Positions 28,577 to 39,290 are shown, counted from the stretch's first letter. The stretch is 64,000 nt of DNA from Candidatus Poribacteria bacterium (GCA_965242965.1 OZ251518.1:5536001-5600000); one strand, 5' to 3'. A program made the numbers and translations. Notes: generated by a model not told the origin, from the letters alone.

Positions 28577-31500
28577 ATGAAAAGGAACGCTACTTTCCCA
28601 CGTTTTCTCGTTTTGCTTTTGCTCATTGCCGGGGTTGCTGTCCTCGCGGAAACCCCGAGTGGCACTGCGAACGCTCAAATTACTATCGTGGACAACAGCA
28701 TTAAAATCTACTACGGTGATACACTCGGAGATATCATCACTGTCTCCGGGAGTAACGTTACCCTTGTCTCTACGGCGACAGAGATAACCGCCGATAATAA
28801 AGCCAACGTCCAACTGAGGGATGGGCAATACATAGTGTTCGCTGTGACGTTTAGCGTGGCACTTGAGAGAGCTGGGCTGATAGTAAGGTTTACGATTGGC
28901 GGTGCGGATCGAGAGACTGACATGGGGCCACTCCGGGAGGGCCACGCGTGGAAAAGACTCTACAATTATGGGCCTACGGAAGGTGCGAACGATTATAGGG
29001 ATAACCAGACTGACGACTCGGAATGGCAGACGCTTTACTTTCCCTATCGGGTGAAGCGAGAAGACGCGGGGGGAACGTCGTTTGCTTTTAAAACGCCTAC
29101 CCGTCCCTTTTGGGATGGCACAACTACCTACTTCGCGTATAATGCCAATGGAGAGGAACACGTTAGCACTGGCAATCCGCGTCCACTGCCCTTGTCCTAT
29201 ACAGGCACCGTTCACTGGCCCGCAAGTATCGATGCCACGTCGCCAACGTTGGCACCGCTATCGGAATCCCCGTTGCAGTATGTTGACGAGAAAGACAATC
29301 CGATAGATGCCGCACCTCGCGGTGCCCCGGGACAGCCATCCCGTTATCACCATATTCGCCAAAAGTTTCTTAACCACCATGGCACGTTTGGTCCAGATTA
29401 CATAGCCGTGACGGAGGGGCTCGTTGAGGATTCCGGCTACTCCACATCGCAGTTAGGGCAGTCCGATATTCGGAAAGCGGCTTATTGGGGAGAGGGCGAC
29501 ACGATCCGGATACAATTCAAGTTTAGTGAAAACGTGAAGGTGGACCTGAACAATAAACCGACGCTGAAGTTGGATGGGGAGGGCACTAAGGGCCGGCTGG
29601 CTACCCTCAAGGATGGCGATGGAACCGGCGATAGCGACACGCTGACGTTTGAATACACGGTGCAAGCCGGCGATGATAACTTCGGCGGCATCCATCTGTG
29701 GAGCGGCTTTGGGCATAACGTCTATCAGATTTTCCCTTGGGAGTCAGGTGGACCTGTTGAGGTTGCCAATCCTTCGTATATAACCGATGTGGCGGGCAAC
29801 AAATTTGATACGAATACGGACCTTGAAACGCCGCTCCGGGCGTATTTCGGCAACAATCCTGGCCTCTCACATTGGAATACTGAAACCGCGGTGGCAAGAG
29901 CAGCGGATACCTATAAAATCACGTTGTTCCTAGTAGACCCGATACCGCCGCGTGTGTTAATCACCGGCTTGATAAAGGGGGATACGCATACGAATGGCAG
30001 GCGCGACGATTATGTCCGTCTTCAGGAGGCTTATGACTTAGCGGATGTTACGGAAAGTGCCACACAGACAGACGCGTTTGAGGTGGAGTTCCGTTTCTTC
30101 AACAGTGAGCCGCCTGGGGCTCCCTCTCCCAACGGCTATAGGGTTAGTGCGATCGCGGAGGAAATCGGCACTAGTTTTGAACCGTCTGATGTTGAGATTA
30201 GCGGCGCGGGTGTCAATCCTGCGGATTGGGATGTAGCAGTAGCGTATATCGGCGTAGATCATCGGAAGACAGAGGATGGGGAAGCTCACAACTCCGCGTC
30301 GTTCCTCGTCTATAAAGCCACGATTACCCCGGCTCTCGGTTTTAGGGGAGATGTGGCTATCAGTTTGCCGGCGGGTGCTACTCAAGATATCGCCGGCAAC
30401 AATAGCCTCGCCTCCAACACGTTGACAGTGCCTGTGGATAACCCGTTGCGCGTGGTGGAAACGCCGGAGATTGTCGCGCCTCCCGCCGGTGCCTATACCG
30501 TCGGCGATAAAATTGAAGTTGAAGTGACGTATGACAGGCAGAATTTGCGCTACGAAGGCGATGACCCACCATATCTGACGCTGTATCTCGGCGAAGAGGT
30601 GCCGGCGAATGCACGGCATGCAACATGGCAACGCGCCGAAGATACAAATTCCACAAAGGTGACGTTTGCATACACGGTAGCGGCAAATGATGTTGCGACA
30701 TCGCTGCGCGTTGCGGAGGAGATTGGGTTAACCGTGCCGAGTGGCACGCGGCTGGTGGACGATGCAGGCAGCCAATTATCGGGCACCGGTGAATCGGCGA
30801 AAGGTTCCGGCGAAGGTCTGAAGAAGCTGCCAACTGAGGCGCAGCCGCTGCCTTTGGAAGATACGTCTGGCCGTGAGGTTTCGCCAGTAGTTTCGGAGAC
30901 ACCGGTGGTGCCGTATATCCCGATTATCGAGGAGTCTGACCCGAAGGCGGCCGCCACAAATGTCCCGCGCAGTCCCGTTGTCTTCAACGAACTCGGCAAC
31001 GGTAGCGGCGATGCTGATGACTGGTTGGAACTCCGCAATGTCACCGGTGATGCAGTCTCGTTAAAAGACTGGGAACTCAGCATCGTGCAAGATGGGAAAA
31101 AGGAAGATACCTCCCTGATTGCTTTTGTAGAAGATGTGAGTGTGCCGGCGAATGGGCTGCTGTTGATAACGAACAGCGATCCGACAGCGAAAGGCAATGT
31201 GCTTGCAGGCGGTGATAACGTCGCGACTGCCGAAGTTGAGACGAAAGGTTCTTCGCATCTCTATCTCGTCAAATCGGAGTTGTCCCTGCCAGATGATGGC
31301 AAATTCCTCTTGATTCTCCGGAACGCCAAGGAGAAACTCGGCTTGAACGAGGCGTTCGTCGATGTCGCCGGTGGCGGCGGCAGTGACACGGATGCGTTTG
31401 TCCGCGAGCAGACAGGCGACTACGATACGCATGTCTGGCCCTTGCAAGTGCTGCAGGCACCCGGTGGTGATACCGAAGATGCCCTCGGCTCTGGCAAAGT

Positions 31501-32665
31501 CTGGCAGCGCGCGAATGCAGGCGTTGTCGGGTATCATAAAGATGCCTGGGCAGAAGCCGCCTTTACAGGAATTGGCTATGATAGGAAGGTTTCCCAGTCT
31601 GCTGCCACTGCCGGCACGCCGGGATATCCGAATGGTGCGGCAAAAGAAACCGTCCCCAAAGGGAATGTCACCTTCAGCGAAATCATGGTGGATTCTGCCG
31701 GCGGCACACTGCCTCAGTGGATAGAGCTCTATAACGCGTCTAAGACAGATGCCGTGAATCTCAACCGCTGGAAGTTGGAGATTCAGAATGTGGATTCTGA
31801 AGATTTAATCGGCCGCCCGATTGTCACATTGACGTTAGGAGAGAAACTGATTCAGCCGAATCAGACGGTGCTCATCGTGGCGGGTCCGGCGCGGGCATCG
31901 TCAGGTTCGTATCTACCGGCGGATAGAGTTTACGATCTGCTCGCATTGCACGAGAAGAATCTGCGCATCAAGCGTGCGCGCGATACCTTCTTGAGTACCG
32001 AAGGGTTCTATCTGAAACTTACCGATAGAAATAGGAATCTCGTCGATGAAGTCGGGAATAGGGACAGCGATCGGCGTTCGGACGATGCGCCGGCCTGGGC
32101 ATTACCGCTGAGTAGCGAGGAAGGTTCGCGGAGTTCCCTCATTCGGCGTTACACCGAGGGCACCTCGGCTGCGGCACCGGGGCAAAAGAGGTCGAGTTGG
32201 ATCTTGGCGGCGCATGTCAAGAAAGTCGTCTCTAGTAGCGATGCGCTCTACTGGGGTGATGCCGAGGACATCGGCACGCCGGGGCATCGTGAAGGCGGTG
32301 CATTACCTGTTGAGTTATCAAGTTTCTCGCTGACGCGCACCGAAGCCGGTGCTGTCGTCTTGACATGGACAACCGAGTCTGAAGTCGACAACGCCGGTTT
32401 CAATCTACGCCGCAGTGAAAAGCGCGCGAGTGGTTTCACGCTCTTGAATCCTGCGCTCATCGCCGGTGCCGGCACGACAGGGGAACGTCAAACGTATACG
32501 TTTACGGATACGTCTGCGAAGCCGGGGGTTGAGTATTACTATCAGATCGAGGAAGTTGCGTTTGATGGTAAGCCAGAGACATTAGCGATGCGTATGTTGC
32601 GCGGTCCCGTCTCTGCGGCAAATCGGATGCTGACGACGTTTGGTGAGGTGAAGAAAACGAAGTAA
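28577..32665 (+). CDS. Large secreted protein with Ig-like repeats and two lamin-tail domains
   Basis: Signal peptide, AAGGAG RBS; LTFEYTV..GD repeats; VVFNEL..DWLELRN and FSEIM..QWIELYN; LPVELSSF...W.TESEVDNAGFNL tail. Confidence 0.82.
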   Translation: MKRNATFPRFLVLLLLIAGVAVLAETPSGTANAQITIVDNSIKIYYGDTLGDIITVSGSNVTLVSTATEITADNKANVQLRDGQYIVFAVTFSVALERAGLIVRFTIGGADRETDMGPLREGHAWKRLYNYGPTEGANDYRDNQTDDSEWQTLYFPYRVKREDAGGTSFAFKTPTRPFWDGTTTYFAYNANGEEHVSTGNPRPLPLSYTGTVHWPASIDATSPTLAPLSESPLQYVDEKDNPIDAAPRGAPGQPSRYHHIRQKFLNHHGTFGPDYIAVTEGLVEDSGYSTSQLGQSDIRKAAYWGEGDTIRIQFKFSENVKVDLNNKPTLKLDGEGTKGRLATLKDGDGTGDSDTLTFEYTVQAGDDNFGGIHLWSGFGHNVYQIFPWESGGPVEVANPSYITDVAGNKFDTNTDLETPLRAYFGNNPGLSHWNTETAVARAADTYKITLFLVDPIPPRVLITGLIKGDTHTNGRRDDYVRLQEAYDLADVTESATQTDAFEVEFRFFNSEPPGAPSPNGYRVSAIAEEIGTSFEPSDVEISGAGVNPADWDVAVAYIGVDHRKTEDGEAHNSASFLVYKATITPALGFRGDVAISLPAGATQDIAGNNSLASNTLTVPVDNPLRVVETPEIVAPPAGAYTVGDKIEVEVTYDRQNLRYEGDDPPYLTLYLGEEVPANARHATWQRAEDTNSTKVTFAYTVAANDVATSLRVAEEIGLTVPSGTRLVDDAGSQLSGTGESAKGSGEGLKKLPTEAQPLPLEDTSGREVSPVVSETPVVPYIPIIEESDPKAAATNVPRSPVVFNELGNGSGDADDWLELRNVTGDAVSLKDWELSIVQDGKKEDTSLIAFVEDVSVPANGLLLITNSDPTAKGNVLAGGDNVATAEVETKGSSHLYLVKSELSLPDDGKFLLILRNAKEKLGLNEAFVDVAGGGGSDTDAFVREQTGDYDTHVWPLQVLQAPGGDTEDALGSGKVWQRANAGVVGYHKDAWAEAAFTGIGYDRKVSQSAATAGTPGYPNGAAKETVPKGNVTFSEIMVDSAGGTLPQWIELYNASKTDAVNLNRWKLEIQNVDSEDLIGRPIVTLTLGEKLIQPNQTVLIVAGPARASSGSYLPADRVYDLLALHEKNLRIKRARDTFLSTEGFYLKLTDRNRNLVDEVGNRDSDRRSDDAPAWALPLSSEEGSRSSLIRRYTEGTSAAAPGQKRSSWILAAHVKKVVSSSDALYWGDAEDIGTPGHREGGALPVELSSFSLTRTEAGAVVLTWTTESEVDNAGFNLRRSEKRASGFTLLNPALIAGAGTTGERQTYTFTDTSAKPGVEYYYQIEEVAFDGKPETLAMRMLRGPVSAANRMLTTFGEVKKTK

Positions 32666-32866
32666 CCGTAGCGCGGGGGCCTGTCCCCCGCAATCTCTCG
32701 ATCACCGTAGCGCGGGGGCCTATCCCCCGCGCATTTTTTTCTTTCTGGCCCGTAGCGCGGGAACCTGTCCCCCGCGTTTTTTTTCATTCACCGTAGCGCG
32801 AGGGCCTGTCCCTCGCGATCTCTGGCGATACCCAACATTGGCGAGGGACAGGCCCTCGCCCTACGA
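32666..32866. repeat. REP cluster (family A tandem copies)
   Basis: CCGTAGCGCG(G/A)GG.CCT(G/A)TCCC.CGC x4 plus one inverted copy. Confidence 0.88.
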
Positions 32867-32891
32867 TTTTGTCATTTTTCTCATAATTTTC

Positions 32892-32918
32892 CAACCTTTT
32901 CTACACAAGTTTGTCTAA
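32892..32918 (+). promoter_or_regulatory. Candidate ECF (sigmaE-type) promoter
   Basis: CAACCT-N16-TCTAA, matching the motif upstream of the ECF gene. Confidence 0.5.
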
Positions 32919-32970
32919 TTATGATATAATCGGCACAGACTCTTGACAGATTTTTGATTGACAAAACGGA

Positions 32971-33630
32971 ATGCATAACTTGACCGAATTTTTAACATTG
33001 CCGCCGCTCATTGCGCTTGGCGTGGATGCACTGAGACTGCTCCTCGCGTTCGCGCTCGGCCTTTTTATTGTTAGCATTTATCAGTGGACGCACACGAAAG
33101 TCCCGCAAAGGTCGTTTACCGACACGCTCATCATCCTCTGCATGCTTATCTCTGTCGTGATGGTTATCATCGGAGATAGCATCGCGCGGGCGTTTAGCCT
33201 CGTCGGCGCGTTATCGATTATCCGATTCCGGACCGCGGTACAAGACCCGCGCGATATCGCTTTCGTCTTTTACGCGCTCGCAGTCGGCATGGCAGTCGGC
33301 GCAGGAAATCCATCTGTCGCCGTGCTGGCAACGTTTCTCATTGGCATCATTATCTTCGCGATGCACCGCTGGCACCAGCGGTTCGGTGACGACAACGAAT
33401 TTAACCTTGAATTTTGTCTACCGCCTAACAGCGAAGCCGAAACCGTTTACCGTTCCGTTTTTGAAAAGCATCTCATTTACGAACGGCTGCTTGAAAAGCG
33501 GATTAAGAGATCTGGGCAAGTTGAACTGACATTCCGCGTGAAATTGGCAGAACCTGACGCATGGATTGCCTTCTTTAACGCATTGTCGGAAATCGAAAAC
33601 GTCACGGACGTGAAATTGGACAAAGAATAA
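32971..33630 (+). CDS. DUF4956 membrane protein
   Basis: IGDSIARAFSLVGALSIIRFRTAVQDPRD. Confidence 0.88.
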   Translation: MHNLTEFLTLPPLIALGVDALRLLLAFALGLFIVSIYQWTHTKVPQRSFTDTLIILCMLISVVMVIIGDSIARAFSLVGALSIIRFRTAVQDPRDIAFVFYALAVGMAVGAGNPSVAVLATFLIGIIIFAMHRWHQRFGDDNEFNLEFCLPPNSEAETVYRSVFEKHLIYERLLEKRIKRSGQVELTFRVKLAEPDAWIAFFNALSEIENVTDVKLDKE

Positions 33631-33692
33631 AGGTGAATAAGGGGAATAAGGGTGGATGTCTAGAGCCGCCCAAAAAATGGAGAATTCATTCA

Positions 33693-36164
33693 ATGAAACG
33701 CACAATTTTAATTGCACTTATTGCACTTATCGCCGGACTGGCGATGAACGCAGACGCTAAACTCACAGACGAAGAGAAACGGTTTGACCTGGATGGAAAC
33801 GGGATGCTGGCACCCGAAGAAGGTGAACTCATGATGCATGTCACGGGATTGGAAGCGTTCACCGGCGAAAAATTCACGCGGGAAGATATTGAGGATGTCA
33901 ACCGCTCCCTCGACGCTGACAGAAATGCTGGCGGACCCGGGGGAATGCCCAGATTCGGCGGCGGCAGGGGACGCGGGCCGGGGCCCGCCGAAAAAATCGT
34001 CGCGCAATTTGATACCGATGGCGATGGAAAACTGACCGGGGACGAACGAACAGCGGCACTAAGCACACGCCTCGGCGGAGATTTCTCTCGGGTAAGTCCC
34101 GCAAAGCCGAGCGGCGATATTGAGAGCGACATCGCCACAAGCCGCGCAGCGAAACCTAAAGGTTCACCGGCACTCTACGATGAAGATACGATGCGCACCC
34201 TCTACCTCCGCTTCCACGACGAGGATTGGTATGAACAGATGAACGCGTTTTATCGCACCGATGTGGAGGTGCCCGCTGATCTGGTTGTCGATGGGAAGGT
34301 GTATCGGGATGTCGGTGTCCACTTCCGCGGCTCATCCTCCTATTTCACGGTGGATTCGGAGAAGAAGTCGTTCAACATCGCTGTCGACTATGGAGATGAT
34401 GGACAGCGGTTGGACGGCTACAAAACGCTCAACCTGCTCAATGGGCACGTCGATGCCTCGTTTATGCGAGAGGTGCTTTACAATCGCATCGCGCGCGATT
34501 ACATCCCCGCCATGAAATCCAATTTTGTCAAACTGGTAATCAACGGCGAAAGTTGGGGTGTCTATATCAATCTCCAGCAGTATAACAAGGATTTCCTCGC
34601 CGAGTGGTTCGGCACGAAAGGGGGAGTTCGGTGGAAGGTGGGACCCGGGGGTGGCGCGCTCGTTTATTCGGGAGACGAGCTCCAATACTACAAAGAGACT
34701 TACCAGATCAAAACGAGGGATGCCGAAGATTCTTGGCAGGCTCTCATCGCGCTCTGTCAGCTGCTTGATGACGCGACACCGGATAAGGTGCTGGAGGAGA
34801 AACTGCCCGCAGTCTTCAACATTGATGGCGCGCTCTGGCAACTCGCCGTTGCGAACGTCTTCATGGATGACGACAGTTACATCCACAAGGGCGGCGATTA
34901 CGCCATTTATCTTGATGTCAACGGCAGATTCCACCTCGTCCCGCACGATAACAATGAGAGTTTCCGATTTGCGAGAGGCGGTAGACGAGGCGGTCCCGGG
35001 GGTGGCCGCGGTCCCGGTGGCTGGTCTTGGGGAACAATAGAGGATGGCATGGTATCGCCTGTCACGCACCAAGACAGCCCGACTCGTCCTGTCATCAAAC
35101 GGCTGCTTTCGCACCCGCAATGGCGCGCCCGATATCTCGCGCACGTCCGCACTGTCGTTGAGGAATCGCTGGATTGGGAGGTGATTGAACCGATTGTCAC
35201 GGCGTATCAGCAGCTCATCAATGCCGAAGTGCTGGATGACAATAAGAAACTTTACGCCTACCAAGACTTCACGAACTCGATCAGCGGTAGTGGTGCTAGC
35301 GGCGGCAGAGGCGCGCCGAGTCTTGAGGGGTTCGTCACGCAAAGACGCGATTATCTGCTCAAGCATCCGGAGTTGAATAAACCCGCGCCGAAAATTGTCT
35401 CTGTTTCCAAGCCGCTTTCCGAACCAGTCGCGGAGCAACCCGTGGACATCAAGGCGGAACTTGATAAATCTGTTGCAGTAGATTCGGTCTGGTTGTATTA
35501 TGGCACAGACCTGGATGGCGTTTTCGATTCCGTTGCAATGGCATCGGTAGACACCGGTTCCAATGCTGTGCGCGGCGAGATTCCTGCTTTTCCGGCAGGC
35601 ACCACAGTCTACTATTACGTTGAGGCGAACGCAGTGAAAACCCATGGCACGACGGCATTTTGGCCTGCGCGCGCCGAGATGGGCGCGGCGCATTACCGCG
35701 TCGGTGCAACCCTTGCGAAAGAAACCCCGGTCGTCATTAACGAGTTGATGGCGGCAAATACGAATAGCCTCGCGGACCCGCAGGGCCAGCACGAGGACTG
35801 GCTCGAGCTGCACAACATCACCGATAACACGGTAAGCCTTGCGGGGATGTATCTGACAGATAAGGCGGACAATCTTGCGAAGTGGGCATTTCCGGAAAAC
35901 ACGACGATTCCGGCGCGTGGGTATCTCATTGTGTGGTTAGATGAAGACGGTAAGGCTCCGGAAGGGCTCCACGCCAACTTCAAACTATCCCGCAGCGGTG
36001 AGACTGTGATGCTAGTGGATACGAATGCGCGCGGGAATCAGGTGCTTGACAAAGTCGCCTTTGACGAACAGGAAAGGGATGTCGCTATTGGCAGGTGGCC
36101 GAACGGCTCGGGCAACCTCCGTCAGGTGATGATGACACCGGGGGAAGGGAACAAGTTGAAATGA
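33693..36164 (+). CDS. CotH kinase-family protein with EF-hands and C-terminal lamin-tail domain
   Basis: DLDGNG and DTDGDG EF-hands; VGVHFRGSSS, KKSFNI, MREVL, PHDNNESF; VVINELMA..DWLELHN. Confidence 0.88.
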   Translation: MKRTILIALIALIAGLAMNADAKLTDEEKRFDLDGNGMLAPEEGELMMHVTGLEAFTGEKFTREDIEDVNRSLDADRNAGGPGGMPRFGGGRGRGPGPAEKIVAQFDTDGDGKLTGDERTAALSTRLGGDFSRVSPAKPSGDIESDIATSRAAKPKGSPALYDEDTMRTLYLRFHDEDWYEQMNAFYRTDVEVPADLVVDGKVYRDVGVHFRGSSSYFTVDSEKKSFNIAVDYGDDGQRLDGYKTLNLLNGHVDASFMREVLYNRIARDYIPAMKSNFVKLVINGESWGVYINLQQYNKDFLAEWFGTKGGVRWKVGPGGGALVYSGDELQYYKETYQIKTRDAEDSWQALIALCQLLDDATPDKVLEEKLPAVFNIDGALWQLAVANVFMDDDSYIHKGGDYAIYLDVNGRFHLVPHDNNESFRFARGGRRGGPGGGRGPGGWSWGTIEDGMVSPVTHQDSPTRPVIKRLLSHPQWRARYLAHVRTVVEESLDWEVIEPIVTAYQQLINAEVLDDNKKLYAYQDFTNSISGSGASGGRGAPSLEGFVTQRRDYLLKHPELNKPAPKIVSVSKPLSEPVAEQPVDIKAELDKSVAVDSVWLYYGTDLDGVFDSVAMASVDTGSNAVRGEIPAFPAGTTVYYYVEANAVKTHGTTAFWPARAEMGAAHYRVGATLAKETPVVINELMAANTNSLADPQGQHEDWLELHNITDNTVSLAGMYLTDKADNLAKWAFPENTTIPARGYLIVWLDEDGKAPEGLHANFKLSRSGETVMLVDTNARGNQVLDKVAFDEQERDVAIGRWPNGSGNLRQVMMTPGEGNKLK

Positions 36165-36189
36165 AGGGGTTAATACCAAAACGCCTTTG

Positions 36190-36590
36190 GGCCTGTAGTG
36201 CGGGGGCCTGTCCCCCGCAAGTGCGTGGCGAGGGACAGGCCCTCGCCCTACGGTGACGTTCCGTTTTTTTTCGTAGTGCGGGGGCCTGTCCCCCGCAAGC
36301 GTTCGTTAAGCAAAGAACCTCCGCCGCATTCGGAGCATGGCGAGGGACAGGCCCTCGCCCTACGGTGACGTTCCGTTTTTTTTCGTAGTGCGGGGGCCTG
36401 TCCCCCGCAATCATGCCTTAAACGAAGAACCTCCGCTGCATCCGGTGCATGGCGAGGGACAGGCCCTCGCCCTACGGAATTGGGGAACAAAGGCGAGAGA
36501 CAGACCTGTTTGTGATCAGGCGATCACAAACTACAGATGGGGAGGAACTGGGGAACAAAGGCGAGGGACAGGCCTCGCCCTACGGAAACG
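36190..36590. repeat. REP cluster with a ~110-bp duplicated doublet
   Basis: GGCGAGGGACAGGCCCTCGCCCTACGGTGACGTTCCGTTTTTTTCGTAGTGCGGGGGCC repeated. Confidence 0.85.
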
Positions 36591-36646
36591 GGGAACGAAT
36601 CGGGGAACAAACCGGGGAACGAAATCGTTCCGCGAATGAAAAAAAC

Positions 36647-36673
36647 GAACCTTTTGTTGCATTGAACGTCTAA
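36647..36673 (+). promoter_or_regulatory. Autoregulatory ECF (sigmaE-type) promoter
   Basis: GAACCT-N16-TCTAA 60 bp upstream of the ECF sigma ATG; compare E. coli sigmaE GAACTT-N16-TCTAA. Confidence 0.7.
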
Positions 36674-36732
36674 TACAGTAACAACCGAAGATTGCCGCAA
36701 CGATGAACGGCAAAACAGTTTTGGAGGAAACA

Positions 36733-37365
36733 ATGTCTGTTGCTACCTTTACAACCTATATGGATATCTACTCGGAGGTTGAAACCGAGTCGCTAGAAGA
36801 TTTTGACCTCGAGGAGGAGCGCGAAATCGTCTTGCAGTGCCAAGGTGGCGATGTCGATGCGATGGAGGTGCTCGTGCTGCGCTATCAGCAGTGGGGATAT
36901 AACATCGCCTACGGCATTCTCGGCCATCACGAAGACGCGCAGGATGTCACGCAAGACGCGTTCCTCTCCGTGTGGCAAAACATCGGGCAGTTCAAGTTCA
37001 AGTCCCGATTTTCCACGTGGTTCTACCGCATCGTGAAGAACAAGGCTCTGAATCTGATTAATCAGCGGCAACGCCGCAAAACCGAGCCGATGGATATCGA
37101 CGATACGCAGCCGTGGGTACCGCTTGAAACGGAAACGCCGGAACGCTTGGCACTGCTTGAGGAACGCAAGCGGCTCGTCCACGAGGCACTCGCTAGACTG
37201 AAGGAGAACCATCGGACTATCCTGGTCCTTCGCGAACTGCAGGAGCTCTCCTATAACGAGATCGCCGAGGTTGTCGGTTGCACGCTCGGACGCGTCAAAT
37301 CCCGACTGCACGAGGCGCGGAAGGCGTTGAAAGCGGAATTGGAGAAGATTGACTACGAGTGGTAA
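36733..37365 (+). CDS. ECF RNA polymerase sigma-70 factor
   Basis: DAQDVTQDAF, FSTWFYRIVKN, LSYNEIAEVVGCTLGRVKSRL; GGAGG RBS. Confidence 0.93.
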   Translation: MSVATFTTYMDIYSEVETESLEDFDLEEEREIVLQCQGGDVDAMEVLVLRYQQWGYNIAYGILGHHEDAQDVTQDAFLSVWQNIGQFKFKSRFSTWFYRIVKNKALNLINQRQRRKTEPMDIDDTQPWVPLETETPERLALLEERKRLVHEALARLKENHRTILVLRELQELSYNEIAEVVGCTLGRVKSRLHEARKALKAELEKIDYEW

Positions 37366-37376
37366 GGGGTTTTTCG

Positions 37377-37943
37377 ATGGACCATGAACGAATCCAAAAG
37401 GAATTATCCGCCTATTTAGACGACGAATTGTCGCCGGCGAAGCAGGAACAGGTTGCGGCGCATCTGCGCGACTGCGCCGAGTGTCAGCAGATGTTCAACG
37501 CGTTCAAGCGGAACCGTCGTCGGATTGCCGGCATTAAGTCTACTGTGCCGCCGATAAGGGAAGCAGTAATGGGCCGGATTCGCGCGGGAGAGGTGCTGCA
37601 GCCTGTGCCCGTTTCCCAACGCCTCGGCATCCTCATCAGAGATGCCGCGCTTGCACTGCAATCGCTGAAGGGCACAAGGCACTGGTTCTTCCGTCCGATA
37701 ACGGCAGGAGCTAGCGCGGTTTTGACACTCGCGCTTATCGTGGGATTCCTTTACCTTTATCCGACTGGCACTCACTATGAAGAGGCACTCGATTTCTACT
37801 TCGGCATCCATGCTGAACAGGTGTCGGGGAGCCCGTTGCGTTCAAACGTCGGGACCCCGCTCAGCCGTAGTCTGACAGATTCCATCGCCACCGTTGCCAC
37901 CATTGATGATGCTGAGTTGTTTGAGTTGTATTTGGAGGAGTGA
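37377..37943 (+). CDS. zf-HC2 anti-sigma factor
   Basis: LSAYLDDEL...HLRDCAEC plus a TM helix. Confidence 0.88.
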   Translation: MDHERIQKELSAYLDDELSPAKQEQVAAHLRDCAECQQMFNAFKRNRRRIAGIKSTVPPIREAVMGRIRAGEVLQPVPVSQRLGILIRDAALALQSLKGTRHWFFRPITAGASAVLTLALIVGFLYLYPTGTHYEEALDFYFGIHAEQVSGSPLRSNVGTPLSRSLTDSIATVATIDDAELFELYLEE

Positions 37944-37992
37944 GCCTGCGTCGGACAGGTTTCCCTCGCCTTGCGAACGATGGAAATTTTTT

Positions 37993-39009
37993 ATGAAGTA
38001 TCTCAACCTCATTTGTCTCTTGACGTTAACCTTTTGCTTCTGGCCCGCTAGCGCGCCGGTTGCTGATGTTGACACGCTTTGCCGCATCGCGGCGGCCCAG
38101 CGCGATGTCAGTTACGTCGGCGTTCGACTCAAGACGCGCGGTACCGCCAGAGGCACGAAGACGATGGAGGAGCTCGTCATCCATAAAAGTGCCGAGGACT
38201 CCTACCGGAAAGTGTTGTCCATTGTCGGCGAAAAACAGCCCACCGCGCGGGAACACAAACGCGATGCAGACAACAGAACCCGCCGTCGCAGAGGCAGAGA
38301 ACGGGGTAAAGGCAGAGAGTTTAGCAGATGGGAACGCAATCGGAGCCAATTCTCTCAGAAAGAAATCGAACTTATCACCCAAAATTACCATCTGAAAGTG
38401 GAGGATAGAGGCGAGAAAACCTTGGGCCACGAGACTCTCCTCTTAATGATTGAACCGAAACTGCCGCAGCGTCCCTCTAAATATATCACCTTCGCGCGCA
38501 AAAACGGCGTGATTTTGGAGGTGAAAGACATGGACTCGGAAGGCACGCTGCGCGAAATGTTCGCCTATACGCGACTCAGTTTCGAGCCGGAAGTGGTGCA
38601 GGCGCAATGGCAGAAATACCAAGGTGAAATTCACGTCCCACCACGGCGCAGTCAACCGATTTCTTATGAAGAGGCAAGTCGGTTGCTTAATGACAAACTT
38701 GTCCAGCCGGCATACCTGCCGACAGGCTTCCAACTGCTAGAACTTCGGAGCATTAAAGAGAAACGCGCAATTCACCTGACTTACACGGATGGGCTGCTGG
38801 GTTTCTCAATCTTTGAGACTGCCAGGAGTCGGATGCGGGGGGAGCGGCGCGGCGAGAGAATTCACCTCCACGGAACGGATGTCTATAAACACGAACGCGG
38901 GCATGAAGATGTCTTCATCTGGTCCCACGCGGACATCGTCTTTTTCTTATACGGCGCAGTCCCATCTTCCGAAAAGTTGAAGGTGGTTGAGTCTATCATC
39001 AAACGGTGA
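37993..39009 (+). CDS. MucB/RseB-like periplasmic regulator
   Basis: Signal peptide, ELITQNY, P.YLPTGF, YTDGLLGFSIFE; operon position after the anti-sigma. Confidence 0.7.
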   Translation: MKYLNLICLLTLTFCFWPASAPVADVDTLCRIAAAQRDVSYVGVRLKTRGTARGTKTMEELVIHKSAEDSYRKVLSIVGEKQPTAREHKRDADNRTRRRRGRERGKGREFSRWERNRSQFSQKEIELITQNYHLKVEDRGEKTLGHETLLLMIEPKLPQRPSKYITFARKNGVILEVKDMDSEGTLREMFAYTRLSFEPEVVQAQWQKYQGEIHVPPRRSQPISYEEASRLLNDKLVQPAYLPTGFQLLELRSIKEKRAIHLTYTDGLLGFSIFETARSRMRGERRGERIHLHGTDVYKHERGHEDVFIWSHADIVFFLYGAVPSSEKLKVVESIIKR

Positions 39010-39075
39010 CGCGATGCCCTAGGCTCGTAGCGTGAGGGGCCTGTTCCCCGCGATAAAATGCCTTACCAAAGCCCG

Positions 39076-39118
39076 AGTCAAGGTTTCCCCATCCTTTAGG
39101 TTGGGGATGTAGACTCGC
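39076..39118. mobile_element. IS200/IS605-type subterminal hairpin
   Basis: GAGTC-AAGGTTTCCCCATCCTTTAGGTTGGGGATGTA-GACTC upstream of the tnpB remnant. Confidence 0.55.
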
Positions 39119-39155
39119 CCTCTTTTGTCAGTGCAAACCTTTAAGCAAAAAAGAT

Positions 39156-39184
39156 TTGCATTTCTATTGCAATAGATGTATAAT
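39156..39184 (+). promoter_or_regulatory. sigma70 promoter with a palindromic operator in the spacer
   Basis: TTGCAT-N17-TATAAT; perfect palindrome TCTATTGCAATAGA at 39163-39176. Confidence 0.7.
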
Positions 39185-39190
39185 TAACGT

Positions 39191-39290
39191 TACCGTGTCG
39201 GCGAGAGACTTTTCTACCCGTTGCATCCTTGCAACGGTTTCTCTCGCCACCGAACTGTAGAAAAGCGGTGAATCGGACGGTGATGCGGTA
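39191..39290 (+). ncRNA. Candidate structured 5' leader RNA of tnpB (multi-stem, kissing loop)
   Basis: Pairings found by eye: 39191-99/39282-90, 39200-08/39240-48, 39218-25/39230-37, and bulge 39209-17 with 39257-65. Confidence 0.5.

Noticed and set aside
34332-35813. 493-aa antisense ORF (similarly 60008-61315, 4356-5351, 55014-55997)
   Set aside because: Shadow frames opposite well-supported genes in GC-rich DNA
36480-36630. GGGGAAC(A/G)AA short repeats as multiple ECF -35 boxes
   Set aside because: No correctly spaced -10 partners; more likely local slippage beside REPs
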